A DNA stretch of 51,361 nt from Acidimicrobiales bacterium (GCA_027371755.1 DAHXLF010000001.1:1-51361), one strand, 5' to 3'. Positions 19,604 through 29,195 are shown, counted from the first letter of the stretch. Program-made: numbers and translations. The notes: generated by a model from the letters alone, not told the origin.

Positions 19604-19634
19604 ATTGGTGACCGAGAAAAAGTCGGTCACCAAT
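19604..19634. promoter_or_regulatory. Perfect 12-bp inverted repeat (ATTGGTGACCGA-N7-TCGGTCACCAAT), either an operator candidate or a 5'-UTR hairpin
   Basis: 19604-19615 is the exact reverse complement of 19623-19634, with loop gaaaaag. It lies 49 nt upstream of ATG 19684. Neither strand has a flanking U-tract, so it is not a classic terminator. Confidence 0.6.
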
Positions 19635-19683
19635 CGACATGTACGACTACTTGTTACCGTAAGTTATTATCGGAGGTATATTA

Positions 19684-21054
19684 ATGAAAGATAATGAAAG
19701 CTCGACACCGAATAAAGTGTCTCTCAATATTGCAATTTTGCGAAAACTTGGCAGATTTGTAGCACTGTCGGCGATTGCCTTGGTAGTGATGGCAACTTCT
19801 CTGATAACAGTAAATTTTAGCCTTGGCACAAAAGCCGCATCAGCAGCTACAACTGCGGTTTGTACTTTTAGAGTAGATTCGTCCACTCCGGGAAGCGTTG
19901 CCAGCGTAAGCGGAACGTCAGTATTGATCGGCGTGGTCGCGGGTCAAACTATAGTCAATGCCGACTGCAATGCCTCGGCAAACCCATTGGCTCTCGGAGA
20001 AGCAAGCTTGCTTGCCGCATCGGTAATACCTGCAAACGTTACTTCTCAACTTGCTGAAGTTGGTTCGAATGCTTTCATTAAAGCTCCTACTGGCTCCACT
20101 ACTGGTTGTCCTGGATATAGCGCTACGCAATCGTGTGTTGATTTCTCGCTTCCTTTGCCGGCAAGTTTCGCGGGCAATAATCTTGGAGCTGGAGTAGATC
20201 CAAATGCACAGTGTCCGCCGAGCCAGACCGAAGTCAATGAAGGACTTTTTGGATGTGCAATAATCGTTTTGAGCAAAACCCTTAGTCAGATAGCTACGAC
20301 ATTGGCAATTTATGCAAACACTCCAAACCCGCAGGGACCTCCGACGGTAGCATTGGGGATTTCGGGAAATACGGTGAATTTGAGTGACGCCGCTGGTGCC
20401 ACAACATTATGGGGATATAACTCTACTCAAGACATACAGGCCATACAAACTGGAACAACTGCAATAGCGCCTCCGTCGACTGCAACAACTTGTTTTAATG
20501 GGTCTTTGCCGATGTATGGTTATGTACCATCAACCGATGTAATCGCTGAACTTCAGAATCAAGCCGGAGGGCCAATAATGAACCTGAGCGCCGGTGGTTA
20601 TGCAAATGTGCAAATATCGAATATCTGTTACCTTTACAATAAAGCTAACCCTTCTGCATCGACTATTTATTCTCCAAAGTTGAGCGGGACACTGACAATT
20701 AATCCGACTACGCTAGGTTTGACAACGGGTAACTATAATGTTTACCTTTGTGAAAGTATCGTAGATGTGTTGATTAACAGCAATGACAATAACGGTGTAT
20801 GTCTTGGGTCTGGTAGTTACGAATTAGGTACGGCAACATTGTCCGTATCTTCAACGGGTACCTTGTCAACGACGTCTGTTTATGTTCCTCCCACTACTGT
20901 TGCTACTACCACGTCAGGTGTAGTAGCCAATGCTACGTCCGCTCAAACCGGCGAACCGTTCATCGGCGAATCGCTAATAGCCGGTGTCGGTGTTGTTGCC
21001 GGTCTGGGGCTCATGCTTAAACTTAGAAGGTCAAAAAGACGTTTTAATAAGTAA
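19684..21054 (+). CDS. Cys-rich secreted cell-surface protein with a C-terminal sorting-signal-like anchor
   Basis: GGAGG lies 8 nt upstream of the ATG. N-terminal signal (ALSAIALVVMATS...TKAASA), about 11 Cys, and Thr/Ser-rich stretches. The C-terminus is SAQTG + EPFIGESLIAGVGVVAGLGLML + KLRRSKRRFNK, i.e. motif, hydrophobic segment and basic tail. Confidence 0.6.
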   Translation: MKDNESSTPNKVSLNIAILRKLGRFVALSAIALVVMATSLITVNFSLGTKAASAATTAVCTFRVDSSTPGSVASVSGTSVLIGVVAGQTIVNADCNASANPLALGEASLLAASVIPANVTSQLAEVGSNAFIKAPTGSTTGCPGYSATQSCVDFSLPLPASFAGNNLGAGVDPNAQCPPSQTEVNEGLFGCAIIVLSKTLSQIATTLAIYANTPNPQGPPTVALGISGNTVNLSDAAGATTLWGYNSTQDIQAIQTGTTAIAPPSTATTCFNGSLPMYGYVPSTDVIAELQNQAGGPIMNLSAGGYANVQISNICYLYNKANPSASTIYSPKLSGTLTINPTTLGLTTGNYNVYLCESIVDVLINSNDNNGVCLGSGSYELGTATLSVSSTGTLSTTSVYVPPTTVATTTSGVVANATSAQTGEPFIGESLIAGVGVVAGLGLMLKLRRSKRRFNK

Positions 21055-21117
21055 AGAATTGTAAATTAAAAGATTGGCATTCTAGTGGAACTGTGAGCTA
21101 ATCGAATTAGAGAACTT

Positions 21118-21168
21118 AAACCCCTGTGAGTAGATGTTTACGCAAAACTCATAGGGGTTTACTTTTTT
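21118..21168 (+). terminator. Rho-independent terminator after the surface-protein gene
   Basis: 10-bp stem cccctgtgag (21121-21130) / ctcatagggg (21148-21157) with one G-U pair and a 17-nt loop. It is followed by tttactttttt. Confidence 0.7.
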
Positions 21169-21400
21169 AGTTTTCTATTCCGATTCTTTTACATGGAGTT
21201 AGTCGGTCACGGAATCAAATAAACACTATGGCTAGCATTCGAATAGATTATTGGCAGAAACTCAAGATTCACTTGCACTTGCAATAGTTGCGCCACTGAG
21301 TTGCAATCAATGAGTCTAAGTTGTTGGTGGTCAGTTAATAGAACAGATTAAGCTAGCTATTTGTAGCAACTGTGTTGTTATTATTGATAATTAAAGGCTA

Positions 21401-23188
21401 TTAAGATCGGGTATCTGAAGCCGGATCGTGTAGGCATACTAAAGGCCCGCTCCAAGTAGGATCTGGCGCTCCGGTATCGTAAACGGCTTTTAGATGATTC
21501 AACCACGCCAACGATTCCTGCAACCCACCTGGGCGATACAATTTGTTCCAAAGTATCTCGTGTTCTTTAACTGTATCTCCGAGTTTTTTTGATAGCAGCA
21601 TTCTGTCGTTATCGGAAACATCTTTTATGTGTCCGGTTCCCTTGAGTCTAAATATATTATCTAGGCATACGATTTGCATTAACTTTGCGCCTGAAATCAT
21701 TTGTAGTATTTCATCTGAGGTATGGAATTGAGAAAGCTTAGATGTGACCTGTTCTAAAGAATCTAAACAGTTTTCAACTTCGTCCTGCGTTAGTGAAGTA
21801 GTTAATCCGCTACCGACATGGAGTTGAGGGAAATATAGTGTCAATGCCAGAACGCCTAGGTTTGGGAAAGGCTGTTTTATCTGTTCGTTCACATTAGACA
21901 TATCAATTAGGCAATCGGTAATCTCATCGGAATGAGTTAGTTCCGGAAATATGATCGAATTAAGCGTCTCTTTAGCATTGCTTATGTCATACGAATTGGC
22001 GAAATCTTTTCCAGCCCAGCTAAGTTCACCGCCGATTGCAATTCCCGGTAACGATATAGGCCACCATTGTAAGTGTCCAAAATCCCCCCAATCTGTATTT
22101 AAGAATCCCGATGAACCAAAATCCACTGCATTTATAACTGCTGTTTTTATGTTTTCCATGCAATTTGTAAATCGTCCGGTTATTGACAGCCAGCTTGATG
22201 TCCCTGGAGCTACCCAGTGATCGATCGCACGATTCGAAAAAGTCTCAAGATTTTTCTTAAACGGAGAGTTGTACTCATATCCCCACTCGACAACGGTAGT
22301 ATTTTCAGGAATGTTATTCAGTAAATCTGGATGGATATTAAGCATGTCGGACCAGATTAAAAGTTGCTTATTTTTTAGTATCGGAAGATCTCTCAAAAAT
22401 GTAAGATATTGACCCCACGTTGAATGTTTAGCCGGATCCATCTCAAAAGGTTCGTCTAATCCGACATTAACTCTGTTAGAATCAAAAAGCGGAACCAACT
22501 CTTCCAAGAGCTCCTTTACCAGTAATCTTGCGTTGGGATTTTCTGGATTTATCGTTGTTGCCGGTCGCATCAGACCATAGGGAGACATTACGTTTCCGAT
22601 CTTAATCCCAAGGTTTTTGTATCTTTCGTGGATCAGCCATCTTTCCATATGTCCGAGCGTATTTTGATTCGCACTTAGCTCAATCATTTTGGTATTGCAA
22701 TACTGTTTTATTTCCAATATTTCTTCGGCCGAGTAAGGTGAAGCTTTTTCCCAAACCTCTTTATGATTTGTATAGGCAAAGGTGTGCTCTGTATAAAGTT
22801 CCAAATGGTTGTACCGTAGAGTTGAAAGTAAGTCAATTATTTTAAACAATGTTGTTAATGACGGAACTTTTGTCCTGGATATATCCAGCATTACGCCTCG
22901 AGTTTTAATGCTAGGCCAATCTTCAATCTTTCCCAAAGGAATTAAAACTTCGGCTGCACTTGTAGTCTGTTTAATTTGTTCCAGCGTCTGGTTGCCATAA
23001 TATAATCCAAACTCATCTTTGTAGCTCAATATAACCTCACCCTGTTTAACGACCAGACAATAACCCTGTTCGGGCAGATGTTCGTCTTTAATAGGTTTTA
23101 ATGACAATGGTTCAAAAAAAACTAATTCATTCGAAAGATCAAAATGTTTAGGTTGAGGGATGATTTTGAAATGTCCAGAAGTTTTCAT
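21401..23188 (-). CDS. GH20-family beta-N-acetylhexosaminidase-like glycoside hydrolase
   Basis: GVMLDISRTKVP...LRYNHLELYTEHTFAY (GH20 TIM-barrel start) and catalytic pair region NVGLDEP. The tracked ORF extends to 23431, but those 81 extra codons overlap the GNAT gene on the other strand. I therefore place the start at ATG 23188 (MKTSGHFKII). Confidence 0.75.
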   Translation of the reverse strand: MKTSGHFKIIPQPKHFDLSNELVFFEPLSLKPIKDEHLPEQGYCLVVKQGEVILSYKDEFGLYYGNQTLEQIKQTTSAAEVLIPLGKIEDWPSIKTRGVMLDISRTKVPSLTTLFKIIDLLSTLRYNHLELYTEHTFAYTNHKEVWEKASPYSAEEILEIKQYCNTKMIELSANQNTLGHMERWLIHERYKNLGIKIGNVMSPYGLMRPATTINPENPNARLLVKELLEELVPLFDSNRVNVGLDEPFEMDPAKHSTWGQYLTFLRDLPILKNKQLLIWSDMLNIHPDLLNNIPENTTVVEWGYEYNSPFKKNLETFSNRAIDHWVAPGTSSWLSITGRFTNCMENIKTAVINAVDFGSSGFLNTDWGDFGHLQWWPISLPGIAIGGELSWAGKDFANSYDISNAKETLNSIIFPELTHSDEITDCLIDMSNVNEQIKQPFPNLGVLALTLYFPQLHVGSGLTTSLTQDEVENCLDSLEQVTSKLSQFHTSDEILQMISGAKLMQIVCLDNIFRLKGTGHIKDVSDNDRMLLSKKLGDTVKEHEILWNKLYRPGGLQESLAWLNHLKAVYDTGAPDPTWSGPLVCLHDPASDTRS

Positions 23189-23193
23189 TAATA

Positions 23194-23862
23194 TTGATAA
23201 TAGTGCAAAATAAGTTAGTTCGTCAGTTTCAACCAGAGGATCGTTCGGCCGTCCGTGAGATTTGCTATTTGACGGGGTATTTGGGCGAATCCGCGGAGTA
23301 TTATTGGAAAGATCGTGAGAGTTTTTCTGATATGTGGAGTGGTTACTACACGGACAAGGAGCCCGAGTCTTGCTTTGTCGCTGAAGTTGACGGCAAAGTT
23401 GTCGGATACTCGCTCGGTTGTTTCGATTCAAAAAATGCGTGGAACCCTGCTTCAGTGGGGACCAGACATGCTCTTTTTCGTGGTCTGATCTTTACGAAAG
23501 GAACTGGACCTGCTATGTGGAGGACTTTGTTTGACGTTTCTTCAGATTTGGTTCTTAGACGGCAACTTCCGATGAAGCCTTTTATGGATTCCAGATGGCC
23601 TTCCCACCTTCATATTGATATTCTAGAAGAGGGTCGTAAATTGGGACTGGGAAAAGAACTTATAAATAACATTAGAGATCGCTTCAAAACGATGGGCTCA
23701 CCGGGGCTTCATCTGGAAACTGTTTTGGAGAATCGAAATGCTGTCGCTTTTTTCAAAGCTATGGGTTTTGAGGTATACGGTGAGCCAGAAACGTTACCCG
23801 GAATTAGGGCTAAAGATGGAACAAGACTCCATGGATTAGTTATGACCATGGATCTTAAATAA
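23194..23862 (+). CDS. GNAT-family N-acetyltransferase
   Basis: VRQFQPEDRSAVREI start typical of GNATs. Acetyl-CoA loop RKLGLGKELI. C-terminal NRNAVAFFKAMGFE. The start is TTG 23194 or in-frame GTG 23203. Confidence 0.75.
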   Translation: MIIVQNKLVRQFQPEDRSAVREICYLTGYLGESAEYYWKDRESFSDMWSGYYTDKEPESCFVAEVDGKVVGYSLGCFDSKNAWNPASVGTRHALFRGLIFTKGTGPAMWRTLFDVSSDLVLRRQLPMKPFMDSRWPSHLHIDILEEGRKLGLGKELINNIRDRFKTMGSPGLHLETVLENRNAVAFFKAMGFEVYGEPETLPGIRAKDGTRLHGLVMTMDLK

Positions 23863-23907
23863 ATCCGCATTTTAATCAATATCTGATCGATCGTTTTATT
23901 AAAATTT

Positions 23908-25197
23908 TTAATGAGGAACAAGTTTACCCTCAAAAATAACTTGTTTAATATCAAACTGAGGATCGGTCAATATCAAATTAGCAATATTTTCTTCTTGGAT
24001 ATGTCCCACCAGTGGTCTATCCGATTTTTCGGAATTCAAGGCCAAATATGAAGCGGGATTTAATGTAGCCATATTGATTGCTTCTTCTCGCCCAAATCCA
24101 TAATCGTTTACACAGTTTTTAACAGCTTCTAATAGCGATATGGAACTTCCCGCTAATTGCAGTCTTAAATTTCTATTTTCTTTTTCGTCCAGTGGCACGG
24201 AAACGTATCTATTGTTTTTATAAAATGCGGTCCGATCACCTATTTTAACGGGCTTTAAGTTGCCTTTTCCGTAAGCCAAAGCATCCGAAATTAGGACTAA
24301 TTTTTCTATTGGCTTTGCTTTCCGGATGAGATCTATGGAGGCTTTGTGTAAGTGGGCTTTATCGGCAATAAAACTAACGTATGCGGTATCATCAGTGAGA
24401 AATGCCCCAAGTACTCCCGGAGTTCTTGCACTCAACGGATTCATGGCGTTAAATAGATGAGTCCCAAATGCTGCTTTATGTTCAATGGCTTTCTTGGCGG
24501 TTTCATAACTTGCACTTGTATGGCCGACCGCAACATTTATATTACTTTGAATCAACATATCGATGTATTTTGTCGTCACTACTTCAGGTGCCAAGGTTAT
24601 CATTACAAAAAAATGAGATGTTAGTTTTGAAAGTTCTTTAATAATGGATGCAGGTAGGATGCTTTTGAAGTTTGGTTTATGGTGAATCCCCGGCTTTTGG
24701 TCTGAAATTAGAGGACCCTCAAGGTGAAGACCTATAACCATGGAACCAAATGGTTCTTCTCCTAATGAGTTTAAAATATTGATGGTATTTTTAATCTGAG
24801 ATAAGTTCGGACTTATTAAAGTAATCATAACCGATGTAGTTCCTCGGTGCATAAATGGCATGAGCAATGAAATCACCTCTTTGGCATCTACGCAGTCATG
24901 GAATAATTTTCCTTTATTTCCATTAAGTTGCAGGTCAACAAATCCAGGCAAAAGCAAAAGCCCTTTTGCGTCTATAGTGGTTTCCCCATTTAAATTAATC
25001 TTTTGTACGCCGGCGGAAGATGTGTGTTCTTGAATGGTTTTGATGCGATTTGCGACTATCCCGACCTGAATGTTGTTATGAAACTCGTAGTTGATTAAAG
25101 CACTGCAATTGTTGATGACTAAGTCGAATAAATATTTGTAGCCACCCCCTTTGGAAACAATTTTCGGTTTTAAATCACTCTGTCTACAATAAACCAT
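23908..25197 (-). CDS. nagA: N-acetylglucosamine-6-phosphate deacetylase
   Basis: LLPGFVDLQLNGNKG matches the E. coli-type NagA motif PGFIDVQLNG. The amidohydrolase core includes GLHLEGP, VGHT and LISDA. The N-terminus is about 30 aa longer than E. coli NagA. Confidence 0.8.
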   Translation of the reverse strand: MVYCRQSDLKPKIVSKGGGYKYLFDLVINNCSALINYEFHNNIQVGIVANRIKTIQEHTSSAGVQKINLNGETTIDAKGLLLLPGFVDLQLNGNKGKLFHDCVDAKEVISLLMPFMHRGTTSVMITLISPNLSQIKNTINILNSLGEEPFGSMVIGLHLEGPLISDQKPGIHHKPNFKSILPASIIKELSKLTSHFFVMITLAPEVVTTKYIDMLIQSNINVAVGHTSASYETAKKAIEHKAAFGTHLFNAMNPLSARTPGVLGAFLTDDTAYVSFIADKAHLHKASIDLIRKAKPIEKLVLISDALAYGKGNLKPVKIGDRTAFYKNNRYVSVPLDEKENRNLRLQLAGSSISLLEAVKNCVNDYGFGREEAINMATLNPASYLALNSEKSDRPLVGHIQEENIANLILTDPQFDIKQVIFEGKLVPH

Positions 25198-25458
25198 AGC
25201 TTAATTCTATATCGGCATATTGGTTATTTTGGTTATCTTCGAGACATCGCGAAATAAAAAAATGTGCCTAGAGGCTACTGGATTTAGGAAATACTTAAAA
25301 TTTTTAGGTGGAGTTTTTTAATTAAGCCAGAGTAATTTCAGTTGAAACATGATTGTTGACAATTAGTTTTGACGTAATCGTATGGTAGATACATTAAAGC
25401 ATCGTAAAATATTTGATGTGAAAATATTTATCGTAAACGTACAAGTGAGTTCTAAAAA

Positions 25459-26268
25459 ATGTTAATTAAGTCAGTGGGACTGTCAACTTACAGACAAGAA
25501 GTTAAGTGGTCCAGATGGGATATGACGGCTTCTCTTGTCGGTTACGATTATATTGATTTAGTTGTGACGTCCGGACTTAATGCAGTGTTACTTCCACCAG
25601 TTATTATAAACCCGACTGGTCTGGAGAGTTTAGTTAGAATTGCCGAAAAAGCTACTTTTGATGAGATATCTGATTTTCAGCTGATATTTGAACAGCTGAT
25701 TAATTCAACTAAAACTTATATTGACCAATTGCTTGACTCAGTCGCCGGGTTGATATTAATCGGCGGTGAGGATGTGTGTCCGCTGATATATGGTCAATTA
25801 CCAAATACAAATACAGGGCATTGGAATCTGGTTCGAGATGTATTTGAAATTGCACTGGTACGGGTATCGATGCAAAGAGATTTGCCGATTCTAGCCATAT
25901 GCAGAGGACATCAAGTATTAAATGTTGCATGTGGCGGAACGCTCATTCAACATATACCTGACAGGATTGTTGGAAATATAGATCACACAGGTCCAGCTTC
26001 GGGTCAGGAATTTAATAGTGAAATTAAGGTTAACGGCGGTAAGTTCGCAAAGAACGTCTATGAGTCGCCATCTTTTGTTAAGTGTTTTCATCATCAGGCC
26101 ATAGATGAACTCGGATTAGGATTAATTACGGTAGCTCTCGGTCAAGACGGAGTTATTGAAGCCGTAGAGTCTGAAAGTCATAAATTTGTATTGGGCCTGC
26201 AATGGCATCCCGAAAAAGCTGGTGACCTTAAACCGTTTGATGAATTTGCCAAAGCAATTCTTGACTAA
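25459..26268 (+). CDS. Class I glutamine amidotransferase-like / peptidase C26 hydrolase (PuuD, gamma-glutamyl-GABA hydrolase family)
   Basis: Nucleophile elbow LAICRGHQVLNVACGG and C-terminal LGLQWHPE, both hallmarks of the family. Confidence 0.75.
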   Translation: MLIKSVGLSTYRQEVKWSRWDMTASLVGYDYIDLVVTSGLNAVLLPPVIINPTGLESLVRIAEKATFDEISDFQLIFEQLINSTKTYIDQLLDSVAGLILIGGEDVCPLIYGQLPNTNTGHWNLVRDVFEIALVRVSMQRDLPILAICRGHQVLNVACGGTLIQHIPDRIVGNIDHTGPASGQEFNSEIKVNGGKFAKNVYESPSFVKCFHHQAIDELGLGLITVALGQDGVIEAVESESHKFVLGLQWHPEKAGDLKPFDEFAKAILD

Positions 26269-26455
26269 GAAACTTATTCGTTAGTTGTCCTTTAATTCAA
26301 CTCTCATGTTGCTGGCACATATGAGACTGGGTAAATTGTTGTGAAAATTAATATTTCTGCGTAGACAAAGCTGAGAATATCACCTTCGAAGTTTAATTTT
26401 TTTGGTTATTGAATTTAAACCGTAAAATTTAACTATTTGGCTTTTGGGCTTATAC

Positions 26456-26461
26456 TAGAAT
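26456..26461 (+). promoter_or_regulatory. Candidate -10 box (TAGAAT) for a leaderless aldehyde dehydrogenase transcript
   Basis: TAGAAT ends 7 nt before ATG 26469. There is no purine-rich SD in between (ttaccaa). A 200-bp spacer separates it from the upstream gene. Confidence 0.3.
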
Positions 26462-26468
26462 TTACCAA

Positions 26469-27845
26469 ATGACAGATTTTATGGAGATAAGAAATCCGGT
26501 TGATTATTCAGTAATTACGGAGGTAGAAAATACTTCAAAAAAAAAGGTAGACGATATGGTTGCCATCTCGTCGGCAGCTTTTGAACAATACTCCAAACTT
26601 GCTCCAAGCGATAGGGCAATGCTTTTAAGAAGATTCGCCGAACTCATTGATAAAAATAAACGGGAGTTGGCAGAGCTGGAAACTAAGAATATGGGTAAGC
26701 CTATTTCTGATTCCTTGGATGAAATTTCCGGCGTGGCAGATGTTTTCTATTATTACTCCGGTGCGATAGATAAGCATTTTGGAACCACAGTCCCAGTGGC
26801 CAACGGGTTGGATCTAACTTTATACGAGCCTATTGGAGTGGTAGGCGCTATAGTACCATGGAATTTCCCGGCTCTTATTACCTCCTGGAAGGTCGGTCCA
26901 GCGTTGGCATGTGGAAATACAGTAATTATTAAACCTGCCGAATGGACTCCGCTGACAGCTTTAAGGTTAAAAGAGCTGGCTCTTGAGGCCGGTTATGACC
27001 AAGGTGTTATTCAAGTCGCAACCGGTCTTGGGGAAGAAACTGGAGAGGCACTATTAAACAACCCGTTGGTTTCCAAGATATCCTTTACGGGTTCGACTAG
27101 AGTAGGCAAACATATAATGCGGGTTACGGCAGGTGACCTAAAGCGCCTTTCTCTGGAGTTGGGAGGAAAATCGGCAACAGTGGTGTTTAAAGATGCTGAC
27201 CTGGAAAAAGCCGCCAAAGCTCAGCCGATGTCCGTTTTTGCCAATTGTGGACAAGACTGCTGTGCTCGTAGCAGGTTATTGATTGAAGAAGACGGCTATG
27301 ATGAATTTAAAGAGCTTTTAATGAAGGAAGTTTCGAACGTTCGTATCGGAGACCCTGGGGACTCTAGCACTCAAGTTGGTCCGTTGGTGTCTGAGCACCA
27401 TAAGGCCAGAGTATCGTGGTTCCTGGAAAATTTGGAAAGTGACGTAAAGGCTATATATCAAAGCGACCTATATTCTTCTAAGGGTGCTTGGTTCCCCATA
27501 ACGGTTTTGGAGACTGATAACAACAAAACTAAAGTTGTTCAAGAGGAAATTTTTGGGCCTGTCGTAACGCTCATGAAATTTAAAGATGAAGTTGATGCGA
27601 TTAAGATGGCGAACTCAACCGTTTATGGACTCTCAGGGTCCGTGTGGACTAAAGATATAGGAAAAGCGCTAAGAGTTGCCCAGGGAATAAAATCTGGAAC
27701 ACTTTCAGTCAACTCAAATTCTTCGGTAAGAACTTCAACCCCATTCGGCGGTTTTAAAGAGTCCGGTTTTGGCAAGGAGTTGGGGATGGAAGCTATGGAG
27801 ACATACAGTGAAAAAAAGAACGTCTACATTTCAACTTTGGGATGA
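26469..27845 (+). CDS. NAD(P)-dependent aldehyde dehydrogenase
   Basis: Catalytic Glu motif LELGGKS, catalytic Cys motif FANCGQDCCARSR and EEIFGPV. The length is 458 aa. Confidence 0.85.
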   Translation: MTDFMEIRNPVDYSVITEVENTSKKKVDDMVAISSAAFEQYSKLAPSDRAMLLRRFAELIDKNKRELAELETKNMGKPISDSLDEISGVADVFYYYSGAIDKHFGTTVPVANGLDLTLYEPIGVVGAIVPWNFPALITSWKVGPALACGNTVIIKPAEWTPLTALRLKELALEAGYDQGVIQVATGLGEETGEALLNNPLVSKISFTGSTRVGKHIMRVTAGDLKRLSLELGGKSATVVFKDADLEKAAKAQPMSVFANCGQDCCARSRLLIEEDGYDEFKELLMKEVSNVRIGDPGDSSTQVGPLVSEHHKARVSWFLENLESDVKAIYQSDLYSSKGAWFPITVLETDNNKTKVVQEEIFGPVVTLMKFKDEVDAIKMANSTVYGLSGSVWTKDIGKALRVAQGIKSGTLSVNSNSSVRTSTPFGGFKESGFGKELGMEAMETYSEKKNVYISTLG

Positions 27846-27863
27846 TATCGATACTGGAATAAT

Positions 27864-29147
27864 ATGAGTTCTGAGTGGATCGCACGAGATCAAAAAAGGG
27901 TATGGCACGGTTTCACCCAAATGGCAACTTTTGCCGATCTGGCTCCGATAATGGTAGATAGGGGTGAAGGGGCATATCTAATAGACGTCGAACAGAAGCG
28001 CTATTTGGACGCAATAAGTTCTCTTTGGGTAACTACGATAGGTCACAATAACAACGAAATCAACGAAGCGATAATAGCCCAGCTAAACAAAATATCTCAC
28101 AGTACCCTTTTAGGTAATTCGAATATTGCAACTATAGAATTAAGCGAAGAATTGGCAAAGGTCGTTCCCGTTATTGAGCCACACTTCTTATATGCTTCAG
28201 ACGGCGCTGCCGCAGTTGAGCAAGCACTTAAAATAGCTTTCCAATATTGGACCAATATTAAGAATTTTCAAAAGACCAAATTTTTGACTTTAGGTGAAGC
28301 ATATCATGGAGATACGATTGGCTCACTTTCTTTAGGGGATGGTGGATTCGGAACCGAAATTTTTAATCCGCTTCGTTTCAAAACTTTAAAGACTCCAGGC
28401 TACAATACAAATAATTGGCTTTACCGGGCTATTTTGGAACTAGAAGCAAATTATAATGAGTTAGCGGCCTTGGTGATCGAACCGTTGGTTCAGGGAGCTT
28501 CGGGGATGTACATGGCCTTACCCGAGCAGGTCAAAGAGCTGGTTAAAGTTGCACAAGGTCTTGGAGTAATCGTTATCGCCGATGAGGTCGCAACAGGGTT
28601 TGGTCGTACCGGAAAATTATTCGCTTCGGACATGTGCGATATCAATCCCGATATAATGTGTTTGGGCAAAGGGCTAACCGGAGGTTACCTTCCAATGAGT
28701 ACGACTGTAGTGTCGAACAGAATTTATGAAGCTTTTTTAGGTCCAGACAGAAGCGAAAAGACCTTTTATCACGGACATTCATTTAGCGGAAATGCAGTTT
28801 GTGCCGCCGCTGCCAAAAAACACTTGGAAATCTTGTTACGGGATAAAATTGTGGGTAATGTCCCTAAATTGGCTGAGCATCTAAGAAATGAATTAGAATT
28901 AAAAGTCAAAAATTTAGAACTTGTCGCAGATATACGGCAAACAGGATTGATGGCGGGAATAGAACTTCACTCGTCAAATGATGCAGGTAAAAGAGGACGG
29001 GCCGTTTGCATTCATAGTGTAAATAATGGAGTGCTGCTACGTCCTTTGGGTGACGTGGTCGTCCTAATGCCTCATTTGAATTTTACTGATGAAAATATCA
29101 CTCAAACAGTAGACGTAGTCGCCGAAGCGATTCGTAAATCAAAATAA
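27864..29147 (+). CDS. Class III PLP-dependent aminotransferase (BioA-like subfamily)
   Basis: N-terminal VWHGFTQM, ADEVATGFGRTG, and the PLP-Lys motif LGKGLTGGYLPMS, which is close to BioA. The genomic context is catabolic rather than biotin-related. Confidence 0.8.
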   Translation: MSSEWIARDQKRVWHGFTQMATFADLAPIMVDRGEGAYLIDVEQKRYLDAISSLWVTTIGHNNNEINEAIIAQLNKISHSTLLGNSNIATIELSEELAKVVPVIEPHFLYASDGAAAVEQALKIAFQYWTNIKNFQKTKFLTLGEAYHGDTIGSLSLGDGGFGTEIFNPLRFKTLKTPGYNTNNWLYRAILELEANYNELAALVIEPLVQGASGMYMALPEQVKELVKVAQGLGVIVIADEVATGFGRTGKLFASDMCDINPDIMCLGKGLTGGYLPMSTTVVSNRIYEAFLGPDRSEKTFYHGHSFSGNAVCAAAAKKHLEILLRDKIVGNVPKLAEHLRNELELKVKNLELVADIRQTGLMAGIELHSSNDAGKRGRAVCIHSVNNGVLLRPLGDVVVLMPHLNFTDENITQTVDVVAEAIRKSK

Positions 29148-29195
29148 ATTATAAAAGCGCCGCAGTTGTAAGGACTCAATTTTAAAGTAAAGGTT

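Noticed and set aside
20062-20070. tRNA T-loop-like string ggttcgaat
   Set aside because: It lies inside the surface-protein CDS, and there is no acceptor, D-arm or anticodon-arm complementarity around it. I saw no tRNA or rRNA signatures anywhere in the window.
19421-21305. Recurring short words flanking the surface-protein gene: GAGTTGCA at 19421, 19432 and 21298, and GTCGGTCAC at 19622 and 21211
   Set aside because: 8-9-mers are expected to recur by chance at about this frequency in a 51-kb two-strand search. There are no extended flanking matches, so I do not call them terminal repeats of an element.
23189-23431. N-terminal 81 codons of the tracked 676-aa ORF (21401..23431, minus strand)
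   Set aside because: The extension (MNRNNRASIRQLCRQ...) is low-complexity and basic. It overlaps the well-supported GNAT gene on the opposite strand. It precedes an internal ATG (23188) at which the recognisable GH20 sequence begins. I treat it as a spurious upstream extension.
25356-25386. TTGACA ... TATGGT promoter-like pair upstream of the PuuD-like gene
   Set aside because: The spacer is 19 nt, which is too long for a confident sigma-70-type call, and the -10 is weak. I do not report it as a feature.
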